Shown here: positions 26,210 through 35,804 of the stretch, one piece after another
Layout of the letters: every line of letters begins with the position of its first letter
Numbering within the stretch: the stretch's first letter is position 1
DNA from: an uncultured Myxococcales bacterium
Lineage (GTDB): Bacteria; Myxococcota_A; Polyangia; Fen-1088
Length of the DNA stretch: 52,702 nucleotides
NCBI GenBank assembly: GCA_964618005.1
Contig: CAZTZM010000095.1
Span: 1 to 52,702 of the forward strand
Direction: 5' to 3'
Position numbers and translations under genes: made by a program
The notes under the pieces: model-generated
Told to the model about the DNA's origin: nothing
What the model saw: the letters and a program-made list of their open reading frames with translations, nothing else
The model's database searches: none

Positions 26210-27997
26210 CTAAGCCTTGATCCGACCCGACGCTCGTTCGTCACGCCGGTCATTCCCGATTTGTCGTTGGCGCCGTTTCATGACAAGGGCCAGCACACTA
26301 ACGACACTCAGCAGCACGAGCGCCCCTGGGTTCGATCGGTCCCCGTCCACTCGGCAACTGCAACCGCCATCGCTCGACGTCTCCGCCTGGCCTATGCCTG
26401 CGCCCGCGCCTGGAGTCCCACCGCTTCCGGAGGAAGCACCTCCAGTTCCGTTCTCTCGCCCGCCGGATCCTGTGAGACCGGCAGATCCCGTCACTCCACC
26501 TGTGTCCCCCTTCACACCACCGGAGCCCGGTACGCCTTCTGGCGCGCCACCGGAGCCGGACTCGCCACCAGAGGCCGTCGTGCCGCCTGAACCCAGCGCA
26601 CCGCCCGAGTTCGACGCGCCACCCGCACCAATCGCACCACCCGTCCCTTTCGAGCCAGCCCCGCCCGCCGCGCCGCCCGCGCCAGCGCCGCCGGTCCCCT
26701 TCTCGCCACCTGCCCCCGTCGAACCTCCCGAGCCCGACGTCCCGCCGGTCCCAATCATCCCGCCGGTCCCGACCGCGCCACCCGCTCCCGTGCTCGAGTT
26801 GCCGGTGCCCCGTAGCGTGGTGACGCTCTCGGCGTCCAGCGACAACGTCAGCGCACCATTCGGAGCGGTGACCTGGCCGTCGTTGCTCAGACTCTTGCTT
26901 CCGGAGGTGGTGAACCGATCGTACGAGGAGATATTTGACCCGTTGATCGCGATGTCCAGCGACGCCGTCGCGTTATTCGTGTTGACGACGACGACCACGA
27001 CGTCCGTGTTGCTCGTATACGCAGACAGGTATACGCCGGCCACGGGCGTCGCCGTGGCGTCCACGCGGTAGAAGCCCGGGCGAATGAACTTCGAGAACTG
27101 CGCCATGCACCAGCCACGCTTACTGACGGTGCCCGCCGGCTTGATCGGACCGTAGCTCCGCACAATAAACCACCACGTGTAGAGGTTGAACTGGCCGTCG
27201 ACCATCGCGTGGTGCAACTCGGTCGCCACGCCCAGGGCGTTGGGCCACGAGTCTGCGTCCGTCGTGCTGTCCGTGTAGTGCTCGGTCATCCAACGTTCCT
27301 TGCCCGCGCCTTTCTGATCGAACAGCGGGTACGGATAGCTGCTCACCGGCGTCCCGTAGAGGTGGGTCCCCATGATCTTGACGTTCGCAAGCGCGGCCGA
27401 GTCGTTCAGGATCGGGTCGTAGTAGCTCTTGTTGTAGCTGTACGACTCGCAGCTCATGAGCTTCGTCGCGATCATCGCGCCATAGCCGAGGACGAAGTCG
27501 TGGCAGAGCGCCGCCGTCCACGTCATCCAGCCCCCCTGCGATCCGTAGTCGGGCTCGTTCTGGACGCCGATCGCGTAGAGGTCCACCCCCTGACCACTCA
27601 TATACGAGACGAAGTTGTTCAGGTGGTTCGCGTACGAGGCGAACTGCGACGAGGTCATCGCACCCGCGGCGTTCCACGGTGTCGCGAAGACGATCGCGCC
27701 TGCGGCGATGGCTGCCTTGGCCGTCGCCACGTTCGCGGAGTCTGGCGAGCCGTCGGTCACCGGGATCCGCAGCGCGGTGAAGCCGAGCTGACCGTCCCCG
27801 TTCCCGAAGGCCAGAGTCCGCTCCGCGGCGGTCAGGTCGCCGGCCCAGGCCGCGTGGCTCATGCCACCGAAGCCGCGAATGTATTGTTTCTGGCTGCTGA
27901 GGGTGACGGTCGCGGTCTGCGCCACGGCCTCTCCGCGGGTACAGAGCAGCGCGACGAGACCGAGGGTTGGGGCAATGGCTCCGCGCATGTTCCTCAT
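26210..27997 (-). CDS. xynC: GH30 subfamily-8 glucuronoxylanase (XynC-like) with a Gly/Ser/Thr-rich linker and a MYXO-CTERM sorting tail
   Basis: The catalytic domain aligns by eye with B. subtilis XynC (IRGFGGMSHAAWAGDLTAAERTLAFGNG, YAIGVQNEPDY, GTHLYGT, YPLFDQKGAGKERWMTE, YTWWFIVRSYGP). The C-terminus GGCSCRVDG...ALVLLSVVSVLALVMKRRQRQ is MYXO-CTERM-like. I prefer the start at MRNMRGAIAPTLGLVALL (27997). Confidence 0.9.
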   Translation of the reverse strand: MRNMRGAIAPTLGLVALLCTRGEAVAQTATVTLSSQKQYIRGFGGMSHAAWAGDLTAAERTLAFGNGDGQLGFTALRIPVTDGSPDSANVATAKAAIAAGAIVFATPWNAAGAMTSSQFASYANHLNNFVSYMSGQGVDLYAIGVQNEPDYGSQGGWMTWTAALCHDFVLGYGAMIATKLMSCESYSYNKSYYDPILNDSAALANVKIMGTHLYGTPVSSYPYPLFDQKGAGKERWMTEHYTDSTTDADSWPNALGVATELHHAMVDGQFNLYTWWFIVRSYGPIKPAGTVSKRGWCMAQFSKFIRPGFYRVDATATPVAGVYLSAYTSNTDVVVVVVNTNNATASLDIAINGSNISSYDRFTTSGSKSLSNDGQVTAPNGALTLSLDAESVTTLRGTGNSSTGAGGAVGTGGMIGTGGTSGSGGSTGAGGEKGTGGAGAGGAAGGAGSKGTGGAIGAGGASNSGGALGSGGTTASGGESGSGGAPEGVPGSGGVKGDTGGVTGSAGLTGSGGRENGTGGASSGSGGTPGAGAGIGQAETSSDGGCSCRVDGDRSNPGALVLLSVVSVLALVMKRRQRQIGNDRRDERASGRIKA

Positions 27998-28665
27998 GCG
28001 AGACCTCCGGTGGCCCCGGACAGCGGGTGGTCCCAGCTTCTTGGTCTTCTTGAGTTCGTCATCACGAGGGTGATTCCCCACCATGGGCGTCTCGTGCCTT
28101 CAAACCGGTCAACTCACGGCTCGCCCACCGTGACGCGAACCGTGACGGGCTCCAAGATTTCAACTGCTTGGCCGCGCCCCCCTCGGGCCGAGCAAGGCGA
28201 TCAGACCCGAAAATCGCGGGCGACCTCCCGTTTGTTTTTCCAAAAACTCACGGAATATCGCGGTTCGCGAGGGAGAGAGAGGAAACAGCAATACATGGTC
28301 ATCCGGAAAAGCTACTGGCGTTCTGTTCTAAAAACGGACATCTGAAACTGAAATACAGCCCCCGCGTAAGACTCTATATGGCTGTTATTGCTTATGATTT
28401 AAGATATTTCCGTTTTTCGGCTCATCGACAGCGAAGATTTTTAAGGCCGACGCCCATTCCTTTCACACGGGTAAGTGCGACTCAGCGCCGCGACCTGGCG
28501 CGGTTTTCCGAAATTTTCGCCCACGTTCAACATGCCACTGAAGCAACTGCTGAGGCTCGCCACGGTCCGAGTGCGGTGCCGCGCTGGGGCCGCCCTAGAA
28601 AGCGGAACCGGTAGCGCAGACAACTCCGCGGAAACAGATGCGGCCGGAGAAAAGATCAGCCTCAG

Positions 28666-29985
28666 ATGACGCTTGCTGTCTCCGACGACGAGAAGCGCCT
28701 GGCCCTGTCGCGCATCCTCCAAAGCCGCACATTTGGGCGCTCAGATCAGCTGCGGGCTTTTCTTCGCTACGTTTGTGAAGCCGAGCTGGCTGGGCGCGCT
28801 CATCAACTCAACGAGTATGCGCTGGGCGTCTCGGTGCTGGGCCGGCCGGAGGGTTACTCGCCGGCGGAAGACTCCAGCGTTCGTAGCCGCGCCTACGAGC
28901 TTCGCAATAAACTGAAAAGCTACTACAGCGACGAGGCTCCCGAGGAGCCGATCCAAATCACTATCGACAAGGGCGCCTACGTCCCGCGGTTCGATAGAAG
29001 AGCGGCGTCCGAGAGCAGCCGGCGGTCGGCAGAAGCGATACCGACGCATGCGGCCCTCGTCGAGCGTGCCGCGCCGGAGGCTCGATCGCTCGATGCCCGA
29101 AGGCGACTCGCGGTGCGTTCGGGGGTCATTTCGCTCGTGGCCGGCGTCGTCCTGACGCTCTTTGCGATCTTTCTTTTCTGGGAGAGCCGCGCCAAGCCCG
29201 TCGGAGGCGGCCTCACGAGGTGGGCATCGACGCGCGAGATGGAAGCTCTGTGGCGTCCTTTTCTCGACGACAGAACCGCTCTCGTCATCTCCTTCGAGGT
29301 TCGGCTGTTTCTCTGGGCTCCCCCAACCGGGCTCGTCATTCGCGATGCCCGGACAAATCACGAGGACGAGATCGCCAAGTCGAAACTCCTGAACGCGTTC
29401 CGCGAGCGCATGGGGGCGGAGGAGTTGGTAGCGACGTACGACTACGCCGACTTCGGCGCCGTGCGCGCGTCGTTTCTGCTCAGCCGCATCTTGGACCGCG
29501 CCGTCGGACTCACGCATTCGAGCGCTCTAGGCTGGCAGGATGTCTGGAACAGCAACGTCATCTTCATCGGAAGTCCTGACGCCAATCCGATGATCCGGCG
29601 GGTATTTGGCGACGCCGACCTCGACTTCGTCGACGGTGAGCTTGGTTCGGCGGTTCGGAACCTGCGTCCGTTGCCCGGCGAGCCACGCGAGTACCTGAAC
29701 GCGGCAACGCACGGAGCAGGCAAGAAATACGGCGTCATCAGCGTGCTGCCCGGTCCGCGGCCAGGTCACCACATCATGATTCTGACCGGCTCCGGGGCTG
29801 AGCTTGTATGGGCTCTTGCCGAAAGCGTGGCGGATCCCTCTCGGGTCAAAGAGCTCATGTCCCACGTGTTGGCATCCTCAGGCGAGTGCCCGGCCATATT
29901 CCAGGTCGTTATTGAGGCAACGTTCGAGTCGAACGTTCCGATCGGCATCCGGTACGTCACGCATCACGTTTATCGCGCTAGGTAG
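28666..29985 (+). CDS. Hypothetical membrane-anchored protein with an N-terminal regulator-like module (439 aa)
   Basis: SRTFGRSDQLRAFLRYVCEAELAGRAHQLNEYALGVSVLGRPEGYSPAEDSSVRSRAYELRNKLKSYY...KGAYVPRF is a module I recall from large bacterial signalling proteins. One TM helix (ISLVAGVVLTLFAIFLFW). Confidence 0.6.
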   Translation: MTLAVSDDEKRLALSRILQSRTFGRSDQLRAFLRYVCEAELAGRAHQLNEYALGVSVLGRPEGYSPAEDSSVRSRAYELRNKLKSYYSDEAPEEPIQITIDKGAYVPRFDRRAASESSRRSAEAIPTHAALVERAAPEARSLDARRRLAVRSGVISLVAGVVLTLFAIFLFWESRAKPVGGGLTRWASTREMEALWRPFLDDRTALVISFEVRLFLWAPPTGLVIRDARTNHEDEIAKSKLLNAFRERMGAEELVATYDYADFGAVRASFLLSRILDRAVGLTHSSALGWQDVWNSNVIFIGSPDANPMIRRVFGDADLDFVDGELGSAVRNLRPLPGEPREYLNAATHGAGKKYGVISVLPGPRPGHHIMILTGSGAELVWALAESVADPSRVKELMSHVLASSGECPAIFQVVIEATFESNVPIGIRYVTHHVYRAR

Positions 29986-30142
29986 CCGAAATCTCCGGAC
30001 TCGTCACGGTTCGCATCACGGTGGGGAAACCGTGATGTTGGTCGGTGTGAAGGCACCACACGTCACGGCCGGGAATCTCCAGCAGCTTGATCCACGCCTT
30101 CACGGCATCGCCAGAAAATTCATTTCTCGGAGGACTCCTTCA

Positions 30143-31732
30143 ATGAAACACCGACAGCTCATCAATCTCGCCACCGGTCTCGCTCTCCTTGTGGGCTGTA
30201 CGGGCTCTGGCGGCGGTGGATTCGGTGGAGGCGGCGGGTCGGAAAGCGGTGGTTCGCTGGGCACCGGCAGCTCGACGGGTTCGGGTGGCTCGATCGGCAG
30301 CGGCGGAAGCTCGGCTGGCGGTTCTGGCGAAGGAGGTACCGGAGGCACGCCCGGTAGCGGGGGATTGGCGGGCACCGGTGGCTCGGTTGGGACCGGGGGG
30401 AGCACGAGCAGCGGCGGAAGCAAAGGCGCCGGAGGGTCGGGTGCCGCGGGAACGGCCGGCGGACGCGGCGGCTCGGGCGGGGTTGCTGGCACGGGCGGCG
30501 CGACGGCAACTGGCGGAACGATGGGAAGCGGTGGCGCCACGGGCGGCGCCGGTGGAACCTGTACCTCGGAGAATTGCGGGACTGCTTGCACCATCCCGAG
30601 CCTGCCGGCGTACTCGGCGATCACCGCCACCAACGCGATGCTCCCCGATCCATTCATGATGCTGTCGGGCACGCGCATGACGTCGCTGAGCCAGTGGGAG
30701 TGCCGGCGCGCGGAGCTGGCGGCCGAGTACCAGACCTACGAGCTCGGGCAGAAGAACCCGAAGCCGCCGGGAACGGTGACGGGCAGCTATTCGGGCGGCA
30801 CGCTCACGGTCAACGTCGGCGGAAAGTCGTTCACTGTGACCATCACGCTTCCGAAGACCGGCAAGGCACCCTACCCGGCGATCATCGCGCTGGACGGTGG
30901 TTCGCTCCCCAGCTCGAGCATCGAAAGCATGGGCGTCGCCATGATCAGCCTCAGCACCGACACGCTGGGCAATCAGGACGCTGCCTCCGATCGCGGCACG
31001 GGCTTCTTCTTCACCGTCAATGGAGCGGACGCCGGCGCCGGCTCTCTCGTCGCCTGGGCCTGGGGCGTGAGTCGCATCATCGACGCGCTGGAGGTGACGC
31101 CCGCCGCGATGATCGATCCGACGCACATCGGGATGACCGGCTGCTCGCGCAACGGCAAAGGGGCGCTGGTCGCCGGCGCGCTCGACGAACGGATCAAGCT
31201 CACCATCGTGCAGGAGTCGGGCTCGGGAGGGACGGCCTCCTGGCGCGTCTCCGACAACGAGGACGGCGGCAAGAACGTCGTCCAGACGCTGGGCGAGATC
31301 GTCGGCGAGGACGACTGGTTCTCGACCACGCTCACGCAGTTCGCCAACGCCAAGGCGGCGACCAAGCTGCCCGAGGACCATCACGAGTTGCTGGGGATGG
31401 TGGCGCCGCGCGGCCTGTTCGTCATCGAGAACACCGAGTATCAGTGGCTGGGCGTCAACAGCTGCGTGACCGACGCGACGGCCGCCCAGATGATCTTCCA
31501 GGGCCTGGGCGTCAAGGACAACATGGCGTACGAGCAGCATGGACACACCCACTGCGCGTTCGACATGGCCGACGAGTGGGCGCCCCTGCAGGCCTACATC
31601 AACAAGTTCCTGCTCGGTCAGGACGTGAGCACGGCCAACATGTGGCACATCACGACGACCCAGTTCGGGAGCACGACGCAGACGCTCAACATGAGCCAGT
31701 GGGTGAACTGGACCGTTCCGACGCTCAATTAG
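30143..31732 (+). CDS. Carbohydrate esterase family 15 glucuronoyl esterase; lipoprotein with a Gly/Ser linker
   Basis: The ATG at 30143 is preceded by GGAGGA. Lipobox LALLVGC. The catalytic nucleophile motif TGCSRNGKGA (GCSRxG) is the CE15 hallmark. Confidence 0.85.
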   Translation: MKHRQLINLATGLALLVGCTGSGGGGFGGGGGSESGGSLGTGSSTGSGGSIGSGGSSAGGSGEGGTGGTPGSGGLAGTGGSVGTGGSTSSGGSKGAGGSGAAGTAGGRGGSGGVAGTGGATATGGTMGSGGATGGAGGTCTSENCGTACTIPSLPAYSAITATNAMLPDPFMMLSGTRMTSLSQWECRRAELAAEYQTYELGQKNPKPPGTVTGSYSGGTLTVNVGGKSFTVTITLPKTGKAPYPAIIALDGGSLPSSSIESMGVAMISLSTDTLGNQDAASDRGTGFFFTVNGADAGAGSLVAWAWGVSRIIDALEVTPAAMIDPTHIGMTGCSRNGKGALVAGALDERIKLTIVQESGSGGTASWRVSDNEDGGKNVVQTLGEIVGEDDWFSTTLTQFANAKAATKLPEDHHELLGMVAPRGLFVIENTEYQWLGVNSCVTDATAAQMIFQGLGVKDNMAYEQHGHTHCAFDMADEWAPLQAYINKFLLGQDVSTANMWHITTTQFGSTTQTLNMSQWVNWTVPTLN

Positions 31733-31755
31733 CTGCTATCCAGCCGGGTTTACAA

Positions 31756-33279
31756 ATGAAGAAGCAGCAGCTTGTCTGCGTGCTGGCGTCGTTCGCCTAC
31801 CTCCTGGTGGGCGCCTGCGCAAGCGAGGGGGCCGGCGGCGCGACCAGGTCAGGCGGAAGTGGCGGCACGCCCGCCTTGGGCGGATCCACCGGGACCGGCG
31901 GGACGCCTTCCGACACGGGCGGCGCGGGCGCTTCCTCGACTGGCGGCGCGCCCGAGGCCGGCGGCGCCGGCAGGGGCGGAAACGCAAACACGGGTGGCGC
32001 ACCGGGAACGGGTGGCGCACCGGGAACGGGCGGCAATGGGGCCGGAGGCACCGGCACCGGCGGCACGAGCGTCGGTGGCCACGCAGGCAGCTCGGCCTCG
32101 GCGGGCGCCGGTGGGTCGGGGGGCAGGGCTGGAGGCGCTGGCCCGACCCATTGGGTCGGCACGTGGACCGCGTCGCCCTATTACGATTCGGCCAACCAGC
32201 CTCCGGTGTCACTGTCGAACAGCGTGCTCCGTCAGGTCACGCACGTGTCGATCGGGGGCAGCCAGCTCCGGGTACAGTTCTCGAATCTGTTCGGCAATGG
32301 CCCGGTCACCATCAAATCGGCTCACATCGCCCTCTGCAAAGCCGCTCCCCTCGTCGACAGCACCATCGATACGACGACCGACACGCCGCTGGTCTTCGCT
32401 GGCGCGGCTTCGGTGACCATCGCGCAAGGGCAGGAGGCTTGGTCCGATCCCGTGTCCTTCACTGTCGCGGCGCTCGGCAACGTCACCGTTACCACCGCCT
32501 TTGGGAACGTTCCGAGCCAGGTCACCGGACACTCCGGATCGAGGACCGACTCCTACATTCAGACCGGCAGCAGCACCGTGACGGCGGCCAGCATGACCTC
32601 CGCGACGTCCACCGAGCACTGGTATTTCATCTCCGGCATCGACGTCATGGCGCCTGCATCGTACGAAGCAGCTGTCGCGATTGGTGATTCGATCACTGAC
32701 GGCAGAGGGTCGGACATCAACAAGAACGACCGATGGACGGATGATCTATCTGCCCGAATGCAAGCGATGGGCGCGACGTCGAACGTGGCGATGCTGAATC
32801 AGGGGATCGGAGCGACCGATCTGGTCGGAACCGGCACGGCGGCTCAGGCTCGCTACAGCCGTGACGTCTTGGGGCAGGACGGTGTCCGGTACGCGATCAT
32901 TTACGACGGCGTCAACGACATTCTCGGAGGTGCGTCCTTTGATTCCATGAAGACGGTCTACGCCAGCCTGATCAGCCAGGGGCACGGCAAGGGGCTGCTC
33001 GTCTATGGCGCGACCATCACCCCTTTTGGCGCCTATTCGGGCTACACGGCCGCGCACGAGTCGGTCCGGCAGCAGGTCAACACATACATCAAGAGCGGCG
33101 CCTTCGATGGCTATCTCGATTTCGACGCGGCCGTCACCGACGGTGGCAATCCCCCCAAGTTGCAATCTCAGTACGCCACCTGGACCTCGGCGGATGGGTC
33201 AGGGGACGGCTTGCACCCCAGTCCGGCGGGCTATCAGAAGATGGCAGGCTCGGTCGATCTCACGCTCTTCGCGAAATAG
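31756..33279 (+). CDS. SGNH/GDSL-family esterase (likely a xylan-acting acetyl esterase); lipoprotein with a Gly-rich linker
   Basis: Start MKKQQLVCVLASFAYLLVGAC (lipobox). GDSITDG (block I) and DGLHPSPAGY (block V) are present. The rest of track ORF 30574-33279 is an off-frame shadow. Confidence 0.8.
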   Translation: MKKQQLVCVLASFAYLLVGACASEGAGGATRSGGSGGTPALGGSTGTGGTPSDTGGAGASSTGGAPEAGGAGRGGNANTGGAPGTGGAPGTGGNGAGGTGTGGTSVGGHAGSSASAGAGGSGGRAGGAGPTHWVGTWTASPYYDSANQPPVSLSNSVLRQVTHVSIGGSQLRVQFSNLFGNGPVTIKSAHIALCKAAPLVDSTIDTTTDTPLVFAGAASVTIAQGQEAWSDPVSFTVAALGNVTVTTAFGNVPSQVTGHSGSRTDSYIQTGSSTVTAASMTSATSTEHWYFISGIDVMAPASYEAAVAIGDSITDGRGSDINKNDRWTDDLSARMQAMGATSNVAMLNQGIGATDLVGTGTAAQARYSRDVLGQDGVRYAIIYDGVNDILGGASFDSMKTVYASLISQGHGKGLLVYGATITPFGAYSGYTAAHESVRQQVNTYIKSGAFDGYLDFDAAVTDGGNPPKLQSQYATWTSADGSGDGLHPSPAGYQKMAGSVDLTLFAK

Positions 33280-33383
33280 TCGATCTGCGAGGCGCACATG
33301 GAACGGCCGACACTTCTCTTCAGTGTCCTTGTGATGAAGTACGCGCTCAACAAGTACGACTGCGACCCGGTCGAGCGGCGAGC

Positions 33384-33935
33384 TCAGCCGGCCGCTTCGA
33401 CCAGCGCCTGGCGCGCGAGCGTGCCGGATACGGTCTCTGTCCCGACGGTGACATAGAGCTGGCCGTCGTTGCGGAGCAGGGTCCAGCGCGGGTTGCGGTC
33501 CGTGAGCGCGCCGAGTTGAGCCAGGAAGGCGGGATCGAGCGCGTACACCTCGATGTCCGCCGCCTTGTGGATGACGCGGGTCTGGGCCTCGCGGATCAGC
33601 AGCCGCGGATCGTGCTGGGTGAAGACCACCAGCCGCGGCGACGCCTTGCTGGCCTTGTGCAGCCGTTCGGCCGACGGGGCGCCGACCTCGACCCAGACGC
33701 GCAGGTTCCCCTGCAGGTCCTTGATCCAGAGGGCGGGCTCCTCGGTGGTCGACAGCCCCTTCGAGAACGCGATCCCCTCCTCGAACAGCAGCGCGTAGGC
33801 GATCACGCGCGTCAGCAGGTAGGGCGTCGACTCCGAAGGATGGCGGGCCACGCGCAGGTCCAGCGACTCGTACACGCCCCGATCCACGTCGGAGAGCTCG
33901 ATCTGGAAGTGATACACCGTCGCGGAGAGCGCCAT
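33384..33935 (-). CDS. yaeQ: YaeQ-family protein (PD-(D/E)XK-fold superfamily)
   Basis: MALSATVYHFQIELSDVDRGVYESLDLRVARHPSESTPYLLTRVIAYAL closely mirrors the E. coli YaeQ N-terminus. Confidence 0.85.
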   Translation of the reverse strand: MALSATVYHFQIELSDVDRGVYESLDLRVARHPSESTPYLLTRVIAYALLFEEGIAFSKGLSTTEEPALWIKDLQGNLRVWVEVGAPSAERLHKASKASPRLVVFTQHDPRLLIREAQTRVIHKAADIEVYALDPAFLAQLGALTDRNPRWTLLRNDGQLYVTVGTETVSGTLARQALVEAAG

Positions 33936-33944
33936 CGCCCGACC

Positions 33945-34850
33945 TTACTGCGTTTTGGTAACAGGCGCGGCCGGCCAACCGTGGCAGGAACGCCATACCG
34001 AGCGGGGACCGGCGACGAACAGGCAGCCGCCGGCGCCAGCCATGAACAGAATCTCTCTCAGCCCCTTCTCCCGCGGCGGTTGGATGGCCTGCCACGCCCC
34101 GTCGCCCTTCGTTTTCCACAACGTCGCCGCGTTGCAGGCCACGTAGAGCTCTCCCGCTTCTTCCACCGTCGCGTTCAGGGCGTCCTCGCACGGGCGCGGG
34201 ATCTTCCCTTTTGGCGTCAGCCCGCCCGCGCTCCAAACGAAGGCGCGCCGATCGTGGCAGTAGAAGAAGCCTCGGTCCTTCCCCAGCCAGCGCCAGCCCG
34301 CGAGGTCGCACTTGGGTGGCTTCACGATCTGAGGTCCCGATCCGCCCGCGTCCCACAGTTTTTGCCTCTCGTCCTTCGGCGGATAGCCCCACGATCCATC
34401 GGGCTGCTTCACCGTCACCAGCGACGGCCCGAACGCCACCAACGTCGCGTCGCTGAAGTATCCCTCCTGCAGCATGTCGGGTGCGCCCGTCCCTCGACGG
34501 CGCGGCCTCGGCGGCGGCGGACCGACATGTTCGGTCGTCCACTGCTGGCCGTCATGATGGACGACGAGCTCGCCGTCGCCGAAGGCGTAGACACTGCTGG
34601 GGGACGCGACCAGCAGGCCTTCGACTTGCCTGGGGGCCGTCGCGTAGCGTTCGACGTTGCCTTTCGTCACCTTGGCCACGCCACCCGCCAGGGCGATGAA
34701 CCAATCATCGCGGCCGACCGCCGCCACCGCGTAGACCCAATCGTTGGGACCGCCGTCGAAGACCTTCTCCCACTGTCCCACCATCGCCGGAGAGGGTGAT
34801 TGGGCAGCCGCGCACAGCAGCGCGGCGAGGCCTAGGAGGGACGACACCAT
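33945..34850 (-). CDS. Secreted hypothetical protein (301 aa)
   Basis: Signal peptide MVSSLLGLAALLCAAAQ. Trp/Gly-rich beta-type composition. It starts 9 nt after the upstream gene's stop. Confidence 0.6.
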   Translation of the reverse strand: MVSSLLGLAALLCAAAQSPSPAMVGQWEKVFDGGPNDWVYAVAAVGRDDWFIALAGGVAKVTKGNVERYATAPRQVEGLLVASPSSVYAFGDGELVVHHDGQQWTTEHVGPPPPRPRRRGTGAPDMLQEGYFSDATLVAFGPSLVTVKQPDGSWGYPPKDERQKLWDAGGSGPQIVKPPKCDLAGWRWLGKDRGFFYCHDRRAFVWSAGGLTPKGKIPRPCEDALNATVEEAGELYVACNAATLWKTKGDGAWQAIQPPREKGLREILFMAGAGGCLFVAGPRSVWRSCHGWPAAPVTKTQ

Positions 34851-34859
34851 GAGGCGAGT

Positions 34860-35804
34860 CTAGTGTGCCAGCAGCTCGCGGGCGCGCTTGAGCAGGCGTT
34901 CCATGAACAGCGCCTCGGCTGCCCGCGTCTTCGCGCTGTGGAACCACTCCAGAGAGACCAGCAAGGTTCTGTCCGTGACGATGTCGTCGAGGCTGGGCTT
35001 CCGGCCCTGTTGCCGGGCGTTGTGGGCGTAGAGGCTCAGCGCCGAGCGATGACCGAAGCTCATGCCCAGCTGTTCGCGGAGCGGTCTGTTCGGATCGTAG
35101 GGGCCACCGCCGGGAGCGAGAAACGTATACGCCTGCCACACCAGCAGCGCCTTGCGGGAAGCGTTGGCCAGAGCGGCCTCCGCCTCACGTCCGAACTCCC
35201 GCCGGAGGCTCGCGTGGAAGTTCAGCCTGAAGCTGGCTGCGATCTGGGCGGCGTAGGCCAGCAACTGGTCGTTCGCCGGGATCCTGGCTGGATAGACCGT
35301 GTGGTGCGACTCGACGCTCACCCCGCTGCGCCCCTGCTGCCAGGTTCGTATGATCGCGCCGGGCAGGCCCAGCTTGTTCTTCTGCTGCCACAAGTAGTCC
35401 AGCCCGCCCTCGTTGAACGTGTCGACCATGGCCGTGCCCGTCGCTGTCAGCGAACGGTCGGACTCGCGGGCGGCGCTCACCGTGGCCAGCATCGGGTTGA
35501 CGTCGACGTATCGGCCGGTGCGGGCGAGGTTGTCAGCCACCAGCTTCGCCCCGTGCTCGTTCGAGAGCCGCTGGAGCAGCCACCGCAGGCGGAGGTCGGG
35601 CCCCGCGAACAGGCGGGCCTGTCCGTGCCAACCGCCGGACGGGATCGCGAGGGTGGCGCCGATTTGATCCATCAGCGCGACCCGGCCCGGCTTGCGCAGG
35701 TCGAGGCCGAGCACGCCCATCGCTTGCACCTCCCTCGCGGTCGGGACGGACGGGCCTGGTGGGGCGCTGTCGCCGGCAAAATTGAGGGGCGCGTTCGAGG
35801 TCAC
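34860..35804 (-). CDS. Hypothetical protein (314 aa), translationally coupled to the upstream helicase
   Basis: Track ORF. ATGA overlap with the helicase stop (35801-35804). No family recognised. Confidence 0.6.
   Translation of the reverse strand: MTSNAPLNFAGDSAPPGPSVPTAREVQAMGVLGLDLRKPGRVALMDQIGATLAIPSGGWHGQARLFAGPDLRLRWLLQRLSNEHGAKLVADNLARTGRYVDVNPMLATVSAARESDRSLTATGTAMVDTFNEGGLDYLWQQKNKLGLPGAIIRTWQQGRSGVSVESHHTVYPARIPANDQLLAYAAQIAASFRLNFHASLRREFGREAEAALANASRKALLVWQAYTFLAPGGGPYDPNRPLREQLGMSFGHRSALSLYAHNARQQGRKPSLDDIVTDRTLLVSLEWFHSAKTRAAEALFMERLLKRARELLAH

Noticed and set aside
26217-27071. Pro-rich 284-aa plus ORF, and the highly repetitive GGN/GSG DNA in 26350-26800, 30190-30560 and 31850-32140
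   Set aside because: These are the antisense or off-frame readings of Gly/Ser/Thr-rich linkers in the GH30, CE15 and SGNH proteins. They are low-complexity coding sequence, not CRISPR or satellite repeats.
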